Shown: positions 1 to 9,658, counted from the first letter of the stretch. The stretch: DNA of 38,400 bases from Candidatus Bathyarchaeota archaeon (GCA_020350385.1 CP070714.1:581861-620260), one strand, 5' to 3'. The notes: generated by a model from the sequence alone, not told the origin. Made by a program: numbers and translations.

Positions 1-43
1 GAAAGGGCACGCGCCAAATTGAAAAAGGAGGTACGACGTAAAA

Positions 44-202
44 TTGAAAAAATATGCTTGCATACAAGTTAATCACCACAAAGAGGTACCTACAGCAATT
101 GCTGACATGCAGAACCAAGGTTGGCGTCTTCACACCTATCAAGCTACTGGGTTTGGTACAGATGTAAAGCACTACCTACTTTTTGAAAAGGGTGACTCCT
201 GA
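44..202 (+). CDS. small hypothetical protein (52 aa, loosely DUF4177-like)
   Basis: Not in the ORF track. TTG start after an AAGGAGG RBS; manual translation MKKYACIQVNHHKEVPTAIADMQNQGWRLHTYQATGFGTDVKHYLLFEKGDS*. The GW...HYLLFEK pattern is protein-like. Confidence 0.55.
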   Translation: MKKYACIQVNHHKEVPTAIADMQNQGWRLHTYQATGFGTDVKHYLLFEKGDS

Positions 203-912
203 AAATAGACCGCGAATGCCCTCTCCACACTGAAGGGCAACGCAGTCAAAAACCAACATAGGAATGACACACAGCCAACACCACGTCTTTTCCGCCAATT
301 CACATAAAAAGTGCCTTCTGCTTCCGCAGTCCTCAAGGTAAACTTTTCCTTTTTTGCAGAAAAAGTCGTTGCGACTAAAAGTTTACTCTCTCGGAACAGG
401 CACACAAAAAGGGGCGCATATCAATCCCAACAAGGAATGAGTAACAATGGAAAACCAAAAAATGACGCGAGAAAAAACTAAATACTCATACAAAACTATC
501 CAAAATATGTCCATTTTAGGGAGAGAAAAAGAATGAAAGAAGAAAAAGAAGACCAAAAGAAATTACTTTGCCCTAAGGCTTGTGTCCTAAACCAGGCTAG
601 ACGACGACCGCTACACATTAGTTTCATGAAAAAAGGCTATTTTAGGCTTCTCTAAGCTTAATATTATCATAGTCTTAAACTATTCAATGTTCTCTTTTAA
701 GCGGTGTCTGGTGAATACTGATTTGGGCATTCTTTTCTGCAACAGATATTTCTCAACTAAAAGTCCGTTCCTCGCCATTAATGTTCTATAGAACCTCTTA
801 AGCATCTAGGAGCTATTTTTTGTTCAAAGTTGAAAGGAAATTGAAATTATTAGTTAGCTATATACCTACATGTTAAAAATTCTTATTAGCTCATTCAATA
901 CAAAGGCATTTT

Positions 913-1092
913 ATGCACAAACGAAACAGAGCAGCCCTGTTTCTATTGATACCCATAGTAATTTTCATGTGGTTTATTGGATGGTGCCTGTATTGGATAG
1001 GCTCCAGAGAAGATGCCATACCAAGGAAGATGTCTGATCTGAACGAGTTAACCTTCACTGTCCAAATACCAGAAGAAAAGTATGCAACATAA
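913..1092 (+). CDS. small single-pass membrane protein (59 aa)
   Basis: Not in the ORF track. Manual translation MHKRNRAALFLLIPIVIFMWFIGWCLYWIGSREDAIPRK...EEKYAT*: basic N-terminus, one hydrophobic helix, polar tail. Confidence 0.5.
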   Translation: MHKRNRAALFLLIPIVIFMWFIGWCLYWIGSREDAIPRKMSDLNELTFTVQIPEEKYAT

Positions 1093-1358
1093 CAGGCTGG
1101 TCTCTAAGCCATAGCTCCTAACGAATTTGTACCACATTCTATCCAAGTTAACCTTTACAAAATGAATATAGATTTTTTAGCTAGGTTTTTTCGCTCGCAG
1201 CGTCATCTCTCGGCATTCTTCCTGATCCACCTATTGATGAACTTACTAGTTCAATAGAGCCGCCAATCACATTCCTTGCTACAACTGTAATTCTGATTAG
1301 TTACCAAGCACCAATTCTTGGCTAAGAAAGAAAAACAGCAAAGTCACAAAAAGTCAGA

Positions 1359-1886
1359 CTAGGATAAAGCCTTCAAGTTTTCTTCTGCAAATGCATTTAT
1401 CCTGAAATGCACGTAAACAGCAACCATTGTTTCTAGGGCTATTATAATCGCCAGAAAAATAGCAAGCATCCTCGTCACACCTACAAATATCTGCCCCGCC
1501 TGAGAATCTATGTAGCCGTCAACTGTGGCTATCCAGCTCCAGTAACTGGGTTCTTGCATAATCATAAACGCTTCCAAATCCACTGTAATCCACCAACAAA
1601 TAGCCATGACAAGGACTGCAAGCGCGCTACCGATTATGGTTAGGTTTTTCCAATCTGAAGCCAACGAGGAAGAACATGATATTCGCGTTCTAGAATCCAC
1701 TGGAGAAAGACGGCAGCTTACTACCTTCTTGGCAGTTCCAGGGGAAATGCCCCACAGCGAACCCTGCTTGACCGAAATAAACGTTGGCGGTTCCTCAGCA
1801 ACTACTTTGCAACCTTTCCTGATCAAAAGGGCCTTCAAATCTGCATAGGCTTCGTTGTTTCCCAAACTCACTGTTCGCTCAAACAA
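1359..1886 (-). CDS. hypothetical membrane protein (soluble N-domain plus 2 TM helices)
   Basis: 175-aa ORF with two hydrophobic segments (LTIIGSALAVLVMAICWWI; MLAIFLAIIIALETMVAVYV). Confidence 0.7.
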   Translation of the reverse strand: MFERTVSLGNNEAYADLKALLIRKGCKVVAEEPPTFISVKQGSLWGISPGTAKKVVSCRLSPVDSRTRISCSSSLASDWKNLTIIGSALAVLVMAICWWITVDLEAFMIMQEPSYWSWIATVDGYIDSQAGQIFVGVTRMLAIFLAIIIALETMVAVYVHFRINAFAEENLKALS

Positions 1887-1920
1887 GAATAAACCTCAAA
1901 ACGTGTATTTGTTTCACGGA

Positions 1921-2589
1921 TTATTGTGGTTTTTCATCAGGCTTGAAAAGTTTTTTCTCATGCGCTGGTCGGGGCTTAAGACCCCTAATTTTTCCACGGC
2001 CTGCAGCGCGTTGGCGCTCTAAATTCTTAATTCGTGCATAAAGCTTCGACACTTTCGTCTTAGACGGCGCCTTACGCTTCGACGCGCGAACGGGAACAGG
2101 CGTAAAAGGCTTATCTATCTTATTCCTAGCACGTTTGGATCTTTTAAAAGGCACTTTACGCACTTTCTTGAACACCACACGGCCCTCTTTCAGGTTTACT
2201 TCCTGCACCTCCCAACCCGCGTCCAACCAAGCTCGGGCATGAGCCCTCGATGGCGAATTACGCCACCATGCCTCATCTCTATAAGCACTCATCGGAAGAT
2301 TGCTTCCAATCAGCCCGTCGATTCGAGCAAAAGAAAGACGAACAAACCGGGTGAAAGCGCCTCTGAACTTCAAATGAGACGTAAGCCCGCCGTACTTTGA
2401 CCGTGAGCGTGGCGAAACAATCCGTCGAGCACAGTGCAAGCAAAGCATCATGGTTGGGTCTCCAGTGGCAACATCAGGCACCATACAATCTCGACAGAAC
2501 AACCGCTTGCATCTTTGGCACTTTCGCATGTAAGCAACCCGAAGTACTCTCCCGCAGATTCCACATTCATCCTTGACCATTGCTACCAC
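1921..2589 (-). CDS. Cys-rich zinc-finger protein with DUF7662-like domain and basic C-terminal tail
   Basis: Four CxxC pairs (CGIC, CQRC, CRDC, CLHC), then SKY..L...LSFARIDGLIGSNLP.SA....WW.N....HARAWLDAGWEV..V......V.F, then a Lys/Arg-rich tail. Confidence 0.7.
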   Translation of the reverse strand: MVAMVKDECGICGRVLRVAYMRKCQRCKRLFCRDCMVPDVATGDPTMMLCLHCARRIVSPRSRSKYGGLTSHLKFRGAFTRFVRLSFARIDGLIGSNLPMSAYRDEAWWRNSPSRAHARAWLDAGWEVQEVNLKEGRVVFKKVRKVPFKRSKRARNKIDKPFTPVPVRASKRKAPSKTKVSKLYARIKNLERQRAAGRGKIRGLKPRPAHEKKLFKPDEKPQ

Positions 2590-2744
2590 ACAAGAATCGC
2601 TGCAGAAACGCCTTTAACAATACTTATGCAAGGCTCGCGATATTAACCTTAACTTTGACAACCGCCATGAGAAACAATGGGTAGACCCCCTGCAAGGTTA
2701 GCGCACGCGCTATCTTATTATCTTTAAATGAAGATATTGTTTAA

Positions 2745-3977
2745 TTGAGTGAAGTTTACTTGTTGACCATTGGTATAGTTGGGAAGACAAATACAGGTAA
2801 AACAACCTTATTCAATGCAGCGACTCTTCTAAACGCAAAAATATCCAATTTTCCATTCACCACAAAGGAGCCAAATGCAGGTACTGCATATGTCTGCGAT
2901 ATCTGTGTGTGCAAAGAGCTAGACGTAAAGGATAACCCGTTGAATTCAACATGCATAGATGGCTGGCGATATGTCCCGGTAAAGATCGTTGATGTACCTG
3001 GATTAGTGAAAGACGCATGGACGGGTCGAGGACTTGGAAATCAATTTCTTTCTGTCATCGGACAAGCCGACGCGCTAATCCATGTAGTAGACGCCTCAGG
3101 TTCAATTGATGCTGACGGCAAAATAACCCAACCTGGAAGTGGTAACCCTGTACAAGACGCAATTGACATCGAAATGGAACTGAATAGATGGATTGCAGAA
3201 ATAATTGAGCGCAATAGACAATTCATAATCCGCGAAGCATCATCCTCATCTCTAGAAGAAGCAATTGCGAAATCCTTGTCAGGAGTAAAAGCCAATCCGT
3301 TACAGGTATTTCAGGCCTTAGAGAAAACAGAGCTCAAAGACGTTCCATTCATTAAGTGGGATCTCAATCAAACCATTAAATTCGCTACGTTCCTCCTTCC
3401 AATTATCAAGCCAACACTAATTATAGCAAATAAAATGGACATTCTCACCTCTGAGAGCTACCTTCCAATGTTAACCGAGTACTATGGTCGCAGCCTAGTT
3501 GCAGCCTGTTCTGCCAAGGCAGAACTGGTTCTTAGAAGGGCAGAGAAGATGGGGTTACTTCAGTATACGCCGGGTCAAGAGAAGTTCAGAATAAAGGAAA
3601 ATGTTAGACTCACGGCAAATCAACGGGGCGCTTTAAGGTACATTGAAACGAGGGTCATGGCAAAATGGATAAGTACTGGTATCCAACAAGCCCTTAACAC
3701 TGTCGTTTTCAAACTTTTAAAAAACAATATGATTTACCCTGTTAGCGACGAATTCAAGTACACGGATCATCACGGAAACGTGCTTCCCGATGTGTACTTG
3801 ATGCCAGACGGCTCAACCCCCATTGACCTCGCCCGAAACATACACACAAACCTTGCAAAGAACTACATTCTTGCAATCGACGCCAAAACAGGAATACGGC
3901 TCCCTAAGAGTTACAATCTAAGACATAAAGATTTGGTAAAAATCGTGACTCGCCCTACAACGAAACGAAGAAAATAG
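2745..3977 (+). CDS. OBG-family translation-associated GTPase (YchF/Ygr210-like, C-terminal TGS domain)
   Basis: G1 GKTNTGKTT, G2 FPFTTKEPN, G3 DVPGL, G4 NKMD; GRGLGNQFL motif; TGS-like C-terminus (GSTPIDLARNIHT). Confidence 0.9.
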   Translation: MSEVYLLTIGIVGKTNTGKTTLFNAATLLNAKISNFPFTTKEPNAGTAYVCDICVCKELDVKDNPLNSTCIDGWRYVPVKIVDVPGLVKDAWTGRGLGNQFLSVIGQADALIHVVDASGSIDADGKITQPGSGNPVQDAIDIEMELNRWIAEIIERNRQFIIREASSSSLEEAIAKSLSGVKANPLQVFQALEKTELKDVPFIKWDLNQTIKFATFLLPIIKPTLIIANKMDILTSESYLPMLTEYYGRSLVAACSAKAELVLRRAEKMGLLQYTPGQEKFRIKENVRLTANQRGALRYIETRVMAKWISTGIQQALNTVVFKLLKNNMIYPVSDEFKYTDHHGNVLPDVYLMPDGSTPIDLARNIHTNLAKNYILAIDAKTGIRLPKSYNLRHKDLVKIVTRPTTKRRK

Positions 3978-4127
3978 CTAGGCCTAAGTAGACACCGTTC
4001 AGATTTTCCGCACGTCCAAAATATTTAAAGCACCGAAGATTCAGGTGAAGAGGTTTGACGCTTGACGTAGGTATCCCCAACAAATTAATATTTCATGGTG
4101 GCTTTGTATGTTTGGGTGATTTGTTCT

Positions 4128-4358
4128 TTGTTATCTGCTTGTGTTCTGATAAGAACTGTGCATGGTAGATTTGAGGATGTTGTTAGCTCATTTCGCCATT
4201 GGAAAGCTGTCAAGCGAGTCTTCCCAACTCTTGGAAGATACGATGTTGTAGTGGACCTTGAAGCCTTGGATCTTAAGGAGCTAGATGCTACAGTGCTAAG
4301 GATGGGAAATTTTGCTGGCGTAGTCTTTACTGAAACCCTCGTAGAGATACAACATTAG
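4128..4358 (+). CDS. stand-alone Lrp/AsnC ligand-binding (RAM) domain protein
   Basis: LSACVLI...GRYDVVV...GVVFTETLV pattern, no HTH. Start moved from 4095 to TTG 4128 (GGGTGA RBS upstream; N-terminus aligns with the next paralog). Confidence 0.8.
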   Translation: MLSACVLIRTVHGRFEDVVSSFRHWKAVKRVFPTLGRYDVVVDLEALDLKELDATVLRMGNFAGVVFTETLVEIQH

Positions 4359-4371
4359 AGAGGAAGAAGAT

Positions 4372-4596
4372 GTGCTAAACGCTTGTGTACTACTTAAGGT
4401 CGTGCCTACAAAAGCAAATATAATTCTAGACTCAGTTAGGAAAGTTGCTCGCGTTAGAAAGGCTTACTTCACATACGGAAGATTCGACATAGCAATCTTT
4501 GTTGAGGTTGAAGATTACAAAAAGCTACGAGAAATCACAACCCAAATTAACGGCATAGAAGGCGTAAGAAGCACAGAAACACTGCCTGAAGCCTAA
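4372..4596 (+). CDS. stand-alone Lrp/AsnC ligand-binding (RAM) domain protein
   Basis: MLNACVLL...YGRFDIAIFVE...IEGVRSTETL; 74 aa, no HTH. Confidence 0.85.
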   Translation: MLNACVLLKVVPTKANIILDSVRKVARVRKAYFTYGRFDIAIFVEVEDYKKLREITTQINGIEGVRSTETLPEA

Positions 4597-4620
4597 TTTC
4601 CCCTTCTCTTTTTCTGTTCT
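4597..4620 (+). terminator. putative archaeal pyrimidine/oligo-T terminator
   Basis: T/C-rich tract including TTTTT immediately after the stop codon of the second RAM-domain gene. Confidence 0.35.
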
Positions 4621-4728
4621 ATTTCTTGTTTTGCCAGAACCAAAGAAGAGCTGACAGTCCATCTTGAAGTAGGCTTTGAATGGATCAGAGAAAAAGAGGG
4701 ACTATTCTATCTTGAGAAGCGAAAGTAA
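4621..4728 (+). pseudogene. orphan fragment resembling the C-terminus of an archaeal tyrosine integrase
   Basis: Start-less reading frame ISCFARTKEELTVHLEVGFEWIREKEGLFYLEKRK*, resembling the recalled A.T.EE...L.E.GFE......G...FRKRK* tail of Bathyarchaeia integrases. Confidence 0.4.
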
Positions 4729-4744
4729 CCTTCAGCAGGAAATA

Positions 4745-6223
4745 TTAGCCTTTAACAACCGCTAGAGGAACAAGCCTCGCAACCTTACTGGCAATTCCAA
4801 TTTGGTCGCTGACTTCCACAACAACGTCCACGTTCTTGTACGCAGGATCAGCTTCTTCAGCCAAAACCACAGCGCTCGCGGCACGCACAACCATCCCGCG
4901 TTTCTCAAGAGCGGCCTTTACGTCGCCGCCCCAGTACTTTCGCTTAGCCGCGGAGCGACTCATCATCCTGCCCGCCCCATGTGCTGTTGAACCAAAAGTC
5001 AATTCCATGGCTTTCTCTGCGCCTACCAGAACCCATGAACTGGTCCCCATGCTGCCAGGAATAAGCACTGGCTGCCCTTCACTACGATAATCAGCGGGAA
5101 CCTCTACGTGTCCAGGAGGGAAAGCTCTTGTGGCGCCTTTTCTGTGAACCCAAACTTTCTTCTTATCGCCGTTGATCTGGTGAGTTTCCACTTTTGCAAT
5201 GTTATGTGCTACATCATAAACAAGTTTTAACCCGAACTTTTCGGGGTCTTTGTGGTAAACTTGCTGAAAACTCTGGCGAACCCAATGCATAATCGCCTGC
5301 CTATTCGAGAAGGCGTAGTTAACTGCACAAGCCATTGCCTGAAAATAGTCGCCAGCCTCGTTGCTGCTTCCAGGCGCGCATGCCAGTTCCCTGTCAGGTA
5401 AAGCTACCTTGTACTTCTGCGCTGCCCGCTCCATAACCCGCAAGTAATCAGAACACACTTGATGTCCGAATCCTCTAGAACCGCAGTGAATCATCACCAT
5501 AACCTGTCCTTCCTGCTCGATGCCGAAGACCTTGGCTGTTCTCGGATTGTAAATTTTATCAACCTTTTGGATTTCCAAGAAATGGTTGCCCGAGCCCAGA
5601 GTGCCTATCTGCGTTAAGCCTCTGTTTTTGGCGGTTGTTGAAACCTTGCCGGGATCCGCGTTTTTCATACACCCGCGTTCTTCACAGTGTTCAGCATCGT
5701 CAGTCCAGCCTAACCCGCGGTCGATGAGCCACTGCACACCCTTAACCACCAGCCCGTTCAAATCTCCAGCAGTTATCCTAAAGTCTTTTCTTCGGCTCCC
5801 AAGCCCAGAGGGAACGTTTTTAAAAATTGCGCTTGTCAACTGAGCAAGCTTTGGCCGTAGCTGTTGCTCGAAAAGGTTTGTTGTTAAAAGGCGAACACCA
5901 CAGTTAATGTCGTAGCCGACGCCGCCTGGGCTGATCACGCCTTCATCATAATCCGTTGCGGCTACGCCTCCTATGGGAAAACCATAACCTTCGTGGCCGT
6001 CTGGCAAAGTCACAGCGTACTTGTAAATACCGGGCAAGTGTGTAACATTAGTGCATTGCCAAAGAGTTCGGTCAGTCAGCATCTTCTTCAAAAGGCTTTC
6101 GTTGGCAAAAACCATGCCTGGAACACGCATTCCCGGTTTGTACTTCGGGATACGCCACATGTAATTGTCTATTTTTTCAAGAGGAACCTTATCCAGTGGA
6201 TGCCGCCTTGCACCTTTGCCCAT
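4745..6223 (-). CDS. rtcB: RNA-splicing ligase RtcB
   Basis: LPDGHEGYGFPIGGV, GYDINCGVR, GSGNHFLE, HCGSRG, HRKGATR, PGSMG and HGAGR motifs. Confidence 0.97.
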   Translation of the reverse strand: MGKGARRHPLDKVPLEKIDNYMWRIPKYKPGMRVPGMVFANESLLKKMLTDRTLWQCTNVTHLPGIYKYAVTLPDGHEGYGFPIGGVAATDYDEGVISPGGVGYDINCGVRLLTTNLFEQQLRPKLAQLTSAIFKNVPSGLGSRRKDFRITAGDLNGLVVKGVQWLIDRGLGWTDDAEHCEERGCMKNADPGKVSTTAKNRGLTQIGTLGSGNHFLEIQKVDKIYNPRTAKVFGIEQEGQVMVMIHCGSRGFGHQVCSDYLRVMERAAQKYKVALPDRELACAPGSSNEAGDYFQAMACAVNYAFSNRQAIMHWVRQSFQQVYHKDPEKFGLKLVYDVAHNIAKVETHQINGDKKKVWVHRKGATRAFPPGHVEVPADYRSEGQPVLIPGSMGTSSWVLVGAEKAMELTFGSTAHGAGRMMSRSAAKRKYWGGDVKAALEKRGMVVRAASAVVLAEEADPAYKNVDVVVEVSDQIGIASKVARLVPLAVVKG

Positions 6224-6379
6224 AAATTTTCGCCTCCAAACAAAAAGTAGAGGCTACATATAAAACAGTTTTGAACACAAGTCAACTTCTTTCTAGCAGC
6301 CTTCGAAGAACGCATATAAATTTTAATTACGCCTTTCTTTCTTCTTATGGGAAAATACAGTGAGAGGAGAAACGCGAAA

Positions 6380-7033
6380 ATGAACGCAATCATATTTGGA
6401 GCACCAGGTTCTGGGAAAGGCACATACGCGTCAAGACTTCAATCGAGGCTTGGCGTAGAGGTGATTGCCACGGGAGACATTTTTCGAGAAATCATGAAGA
6501 AAGAGACCGCGTTGGGAAAGAAAGTTAAAGGTTACGTGGAAAAGGGACTGCTTGTGCCCGATGACATTGTGATAGAAGTGCTAAAACATCGTCTAGCTAA
6601 GATTCCTAAAGAAAAAGGGTTCATCTTGGATGGTTACCCGCGAACGCTTGAACAGGCTGAGACCCTAGATGAAATCGCCAAAATAGACGTTATACTGTTA
6701 CTAACGGTTCCAGAATGGATCATTATTGAACGCTTGTCCAGCCGGAGGATATGCAAGAACTGCGGCGCAGTCTACAACATACGCTTCTTAAAGCCCAAAG
6801 TGGACATGGTCTGCGACAAGTGCGGTGGACCCTTATTTCAGCGTTCAGATGATAATCCTGAAGTCATAAAAAAAAGAACCCAAGTTTACGAGGAACAAAC
6901 TCGACCAATTTTGCAGTTCTTTGAGGAAAGAAAAGTGCCTTTTGTTGTGGCTAACTGCGATACTTTAGACACACCGCCCGACGCTGTGGTAAAAACAATC
7001 CTGAAGAACCTGAGCAAACTGAAAATGGTCTAG
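6380..7033 (+). CDS. adk: adenylate kinase (bacterial-type, Zn-binding LID)
   Basis: GAPGSGKGT P-loop, GDIFR, LDGYPR, LID CKNC...CDKC, QRSDD. Start moved to ATG 6380 after a GAGGAG RBS. Confidence 0.93.
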   Translation: MNAIIFGAPGSGKGTYASRLQSRLGVEVIATGDIFREIMKKETALGKKVKGYVEKGLLVPDDIVIEVLKHRLAKIPKEKGFILDGYPRTLEQAETLDEIAKIDVILLLTVPEWIIIERLSSRRICKNCGAVYNIRFLKPKVDMVCDKCGGPLFQRSDDNPEVIKKRTQVYEEQTRPILQFFEERKVPFVVANCDTLDTPPDAVVKTILKNLSKLKMV

Positions 7034-7479
7034 ATGTCTAGAATAAACTCCAACGTGACCTTGCCTATTTCTTTGATTATTTTCATTCGGTGATAGGTAA
7101 TCGCTTTTACGGCGACTTTTTGTGTGTGTTTTTCCGCGTTGAATTTTTCGCCCCATGCTGTTGCTTTGATTCTAAATCCATCAGAGGTTTCTTCTAGATT
7201 TGAGATTTTGAATTTTGAGTAGAGCATGTTTGTGGTTTCAAGCTTTACTAGCAAGGCTTCAAGCCAGCTGTAGAGAAGCGCGTACTCGTCTTCAGCTTTA
7301 ACCTTAACAGAATCCTCGTCGTTGGGACTGACTTTGTCTGTGTCGGTTATTACTTCGAACATTGCGAGAGCAGCGTTTTCGTACGCCTCTTTCAGTGTTG
7401 TGCCGTGTGCTGCGATGTAGACGTCCGCAGTGTGCTCCAGAAACTCGAACTTCCCTTTTCTATCCATAGTCAAGCCCAT
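7030..7479 (-). CDS. archease (RtcB activator)
   Basis: FEFLEHTADV and VKAITYH motifs, C-terminal LDI; true start may be ATG 7467. Confidence 0.95.
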   Translation of the reverse strand: MGLTMDRKGKFEFLEHTADVYIAAHGTTLKEAYENAALAMFEVITDTDKVSPNDEDSVKVKAEDEYALLYSWLEALLVKLETTNMLYSKFKISNLEETSDGFRIKATAWGEKFNAEKHTQKVAVKAITYHRMKIIKEIGKVTLEFILDI

Positions 7480-7549
7480 ATGAAAGATAAAGGAACAAAT
7501 CTAAAAACAATTTCGCATTCGTTGTGATAACTCATGGATTAGTGAAAGT

Positions 7550-8593
7550 CTAGAAGTGTTTTTGGATTTTCTGGATTGCTGCAGCTGTAAGTTTTGCCGA
7601 GTTTTCCGCATCTTTTAGGTTTAGCATTCCTACTGGGCTGTGAATGTAACGAGTTGCAACTGAAACTGTGCCGCTTGGAACGCCTTGTCTAGTTAAGGAT
7701 ATGCGCGCTGCGTCCGTAGAGCCCGGCAAGCCCGTTTCAAGCTGATAGGAGATTTTATTTTCTTCCGCCACATCGAGAAGCAAGCGCAAAACCTTCGGGT
7801 GAGTAATCAAACCCGAATCTGTCACAGTCAGCGTTGGACCTTTACCCATTTTCACATTGGTATCGAATTCTCTCACGCCAGGCACATCACCCGCCACAGT
7901 CACATCCAAGGCTATACCGACATCGGGATCAACGCCGAAGGCCGCCGTTGCCGCGCCCCTTAAGCCCACTTCTTCTTGAACAGTGCCAACAGCGCATATT
8001 GCGCAACTGGTCTTTCCCAGCTGTTTCAGAGTTTCAATCAATATTGCGCAGCCAACTCGGTCGTCAAAGGCTTTGCCAATCACTATATTCTTGCCTATTT
8101 TTGCGTATTTCACGTCGAATGCTACAGGGTCTCCAATCTTTACTCCCATAGTGTTTGCATTTTCGCGGCTTTTCGCTCCGATGTCGATGAAGAGCTCATC
8201 ATATGCTACGATTTTTTTGCGTTCTTCCTCTTTTTGTATGTGAGGAGGCTTGGAACCTATTATCCCGTGTAAGGGACCTTTTCTGGTGTGTATTATCACT
8301 TTTTTAGCTAGTAGAATACGGTCGTCTATGCCGCCCATTTTTGTAAACCGCAGAAACCCTTCTTTAGTAATGGTTTTCACCATCAAGCCAACTTCGTCCA
8401 TATGCGCTGCAAGCATAACCTTCGGCGAGGACCTCTTGCCTTTTTTTATGGCGATGACGTTTTCAAGTTTATCCACGACAATTTCGTCCACATACGGTTT
8501 CATCAACTTAGTCATGAGGTTTCTGACTTCTTCCTCTCTGCCAGTTACGCCGTAAGCGTTAGAGAGTTTTTCTAAATTCTCACTCAGCGACAT
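7550..8593 (-). CDS. M42 family (TET-like) aminopeptidase
   Basis: AAHMDEVG, GGID, KAFDDRVG, VQEEVGLRGA, RYIHSP motifs. Start moved from 8713 to ATG 8593. Confidence 0.93.
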   Translation of the reverse strand: MSLSENLEKLSNAYGVTGREEEVRNLMTKLMKPYVDEIVVDKLENVIAIKKGKRSSPKVMLAAHMDEVGLMVKTITKEGFLRFTKMGGIDDRILLAKKVIIHTRKGPLHGIIGSKPPHIQKEEERKKIVAYDELFIDIGAKSRENANTMGVKIGDPVAFDVKYAKIGKNIVIGKAFDDRVGCAILIETLKQLGKTSCAICAVGTVQEEVGLRGAATAAFGVDPDVGIALDVTVAGDVPGVREFDTNVKMGKGPTLTVTDSGLITHPKVLRLLLDVAEENKISYQLETGLPGSTDAARISLTRQGVPSGTVSVATRYIHSPVGMLNLKDAENSAKLTAAAIQKIQKHF

Positions 8594-8782
8594 GAATACG
8601 CCTTCTTTCAGGTTTATGTTAGAACTCTGAGAAGTAGTTATTAAACAATTTCGTTGGCAGTCTTGGTAGTTTCTGAGTTTGAAAGAAAAAACTGAAGATA
8701 ATAATATTAACATCTAACACACAACCGAAAAAAAGCAATTCTTAAAAGTTTAGCTCGCATTATCAGTTAGAAGTGACCTAAA

Positions 8783-9658
8783 ATGGCGCAGCAGCAATTC
8801 AAAAAAATTGGATTTTTCAAATGCGGAAACATTGGGACGTCTCCATTAATTGAGCTTCTTTTGGATGAGTTAGCTGACCGTAAGGACATCAAGGTCCGAA
8901 CGGTGACCACTGGCTCAAAAATGGGCCCTGAAGACGTCGAAGAAGCGTTGCCAAAAATCTTTGAATTTAATCCAGACATTTTAATCTTAGTATCTCCTAA
9001 TACGGCATTACCCGGACCAGCAAAAGTTAGGGAGAAAATATCAAACAGCGGGCTACCAGGAATAGTCGTTACTGACGCCCCTGGAAAACGCGTTAAAGCG
9101 ACACTTGAAGAACAAGGGTTAGGCTATATAATAATCACTGGCGACCCTCTTATTGGGGCAAGGAAACAGTTTTTAGACCCTATAGAAATGGCAATCTTTA
9201 ACTCAAACATCAGTAAAGTGCTTGCAATTACAGGCGCCTACAGAATATTATATCAGGAGATTGACAAAGTGATTTATGCAATTGAAAATGGGCAAAGTCC
9301 AGTTTTACCAAGATTAATAATAGACTTGAATATGATTCGGGACCGATCTGAATTCAATAATCCTTACGCAAAAGCAAAAGCAATGGCAGCTTACGGATTG
9401 GCTGAAAAAGTTGCTAAAATAAACATGAAAGCTTGTTTCATAGAAAAAGAAAGCGAAAAATACATTTTCCTCGTTACATGTTCACACGAAATAGCTCAGA
9501 CAGCTGCCAAATTGGCTGAAGAAGCGCGTGAAATCGAAAAATACAACGATAGCCTAGTTAGGAAACCTCACGGAAAAAGTGGTAAACCTAAAATCAAAAC
9601 CAAACTTGGGCTTCCGCCAGTTTTTGATGAAGAGTTCTATGGTAAAAGTGCCTCATAA
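8783..9658 (+). CDS. mtd: F420-dependent methylene-tetrahydromethanopterin dehydrogenase
   Basis: KCGNIGTS..ELLLDE.ADR.DI, SPN.ALPGP, DPLIGARKQFLDPIEMA.FN, NPYAKAKAMAA, R.PH motifs. Confidence 0.93.
   Translation: MAQQQFKKIGFFKCGNIGTSPLIELLLDELADRKDIKVRTVTTGSKMGPEDVEEALPKIFEFNPDILILVSPNTALPGPAKVREKISNSGLPGIVVTDAPGKRVKATLEEQGLGYIIITGDPLIGARKQFLDPIEMAIFNSNISKVLAITGAYRILYQEIDKVIYAIENGQSPVLPRLIIDLNMIRDRSEFNNPYAKAKAMAAYGLAEKVAKINMKACFIEKESEKYIFLVTCSHEIAQTAAKLAEEAREIEKYNDSLVRKPHGKSGKPKIKTKLGLPPVFDEEFYGKSAS

Noticed and set aside
361..385. AGTCG-TTG-CGACT dyad whose reverse strand shares AGTCGCAACG with the lysW promoter block
   Set aside because: Only about 10 bp match, the other half-site and TATA context are missing, and no arg gene is adjacent; probably chance.
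172..405. 77-aa minus-strand ORF from the track
   Set aside because: No recognisable motif, and it overlaps the better-supported plus-strand small ORF at 44-202.
533..805. Short ORFs of about 40 aa (plus strand from 533; minus strand about 680-805)
   Set aside because: No family resemblance; expected by chance in AT-rich DNA.
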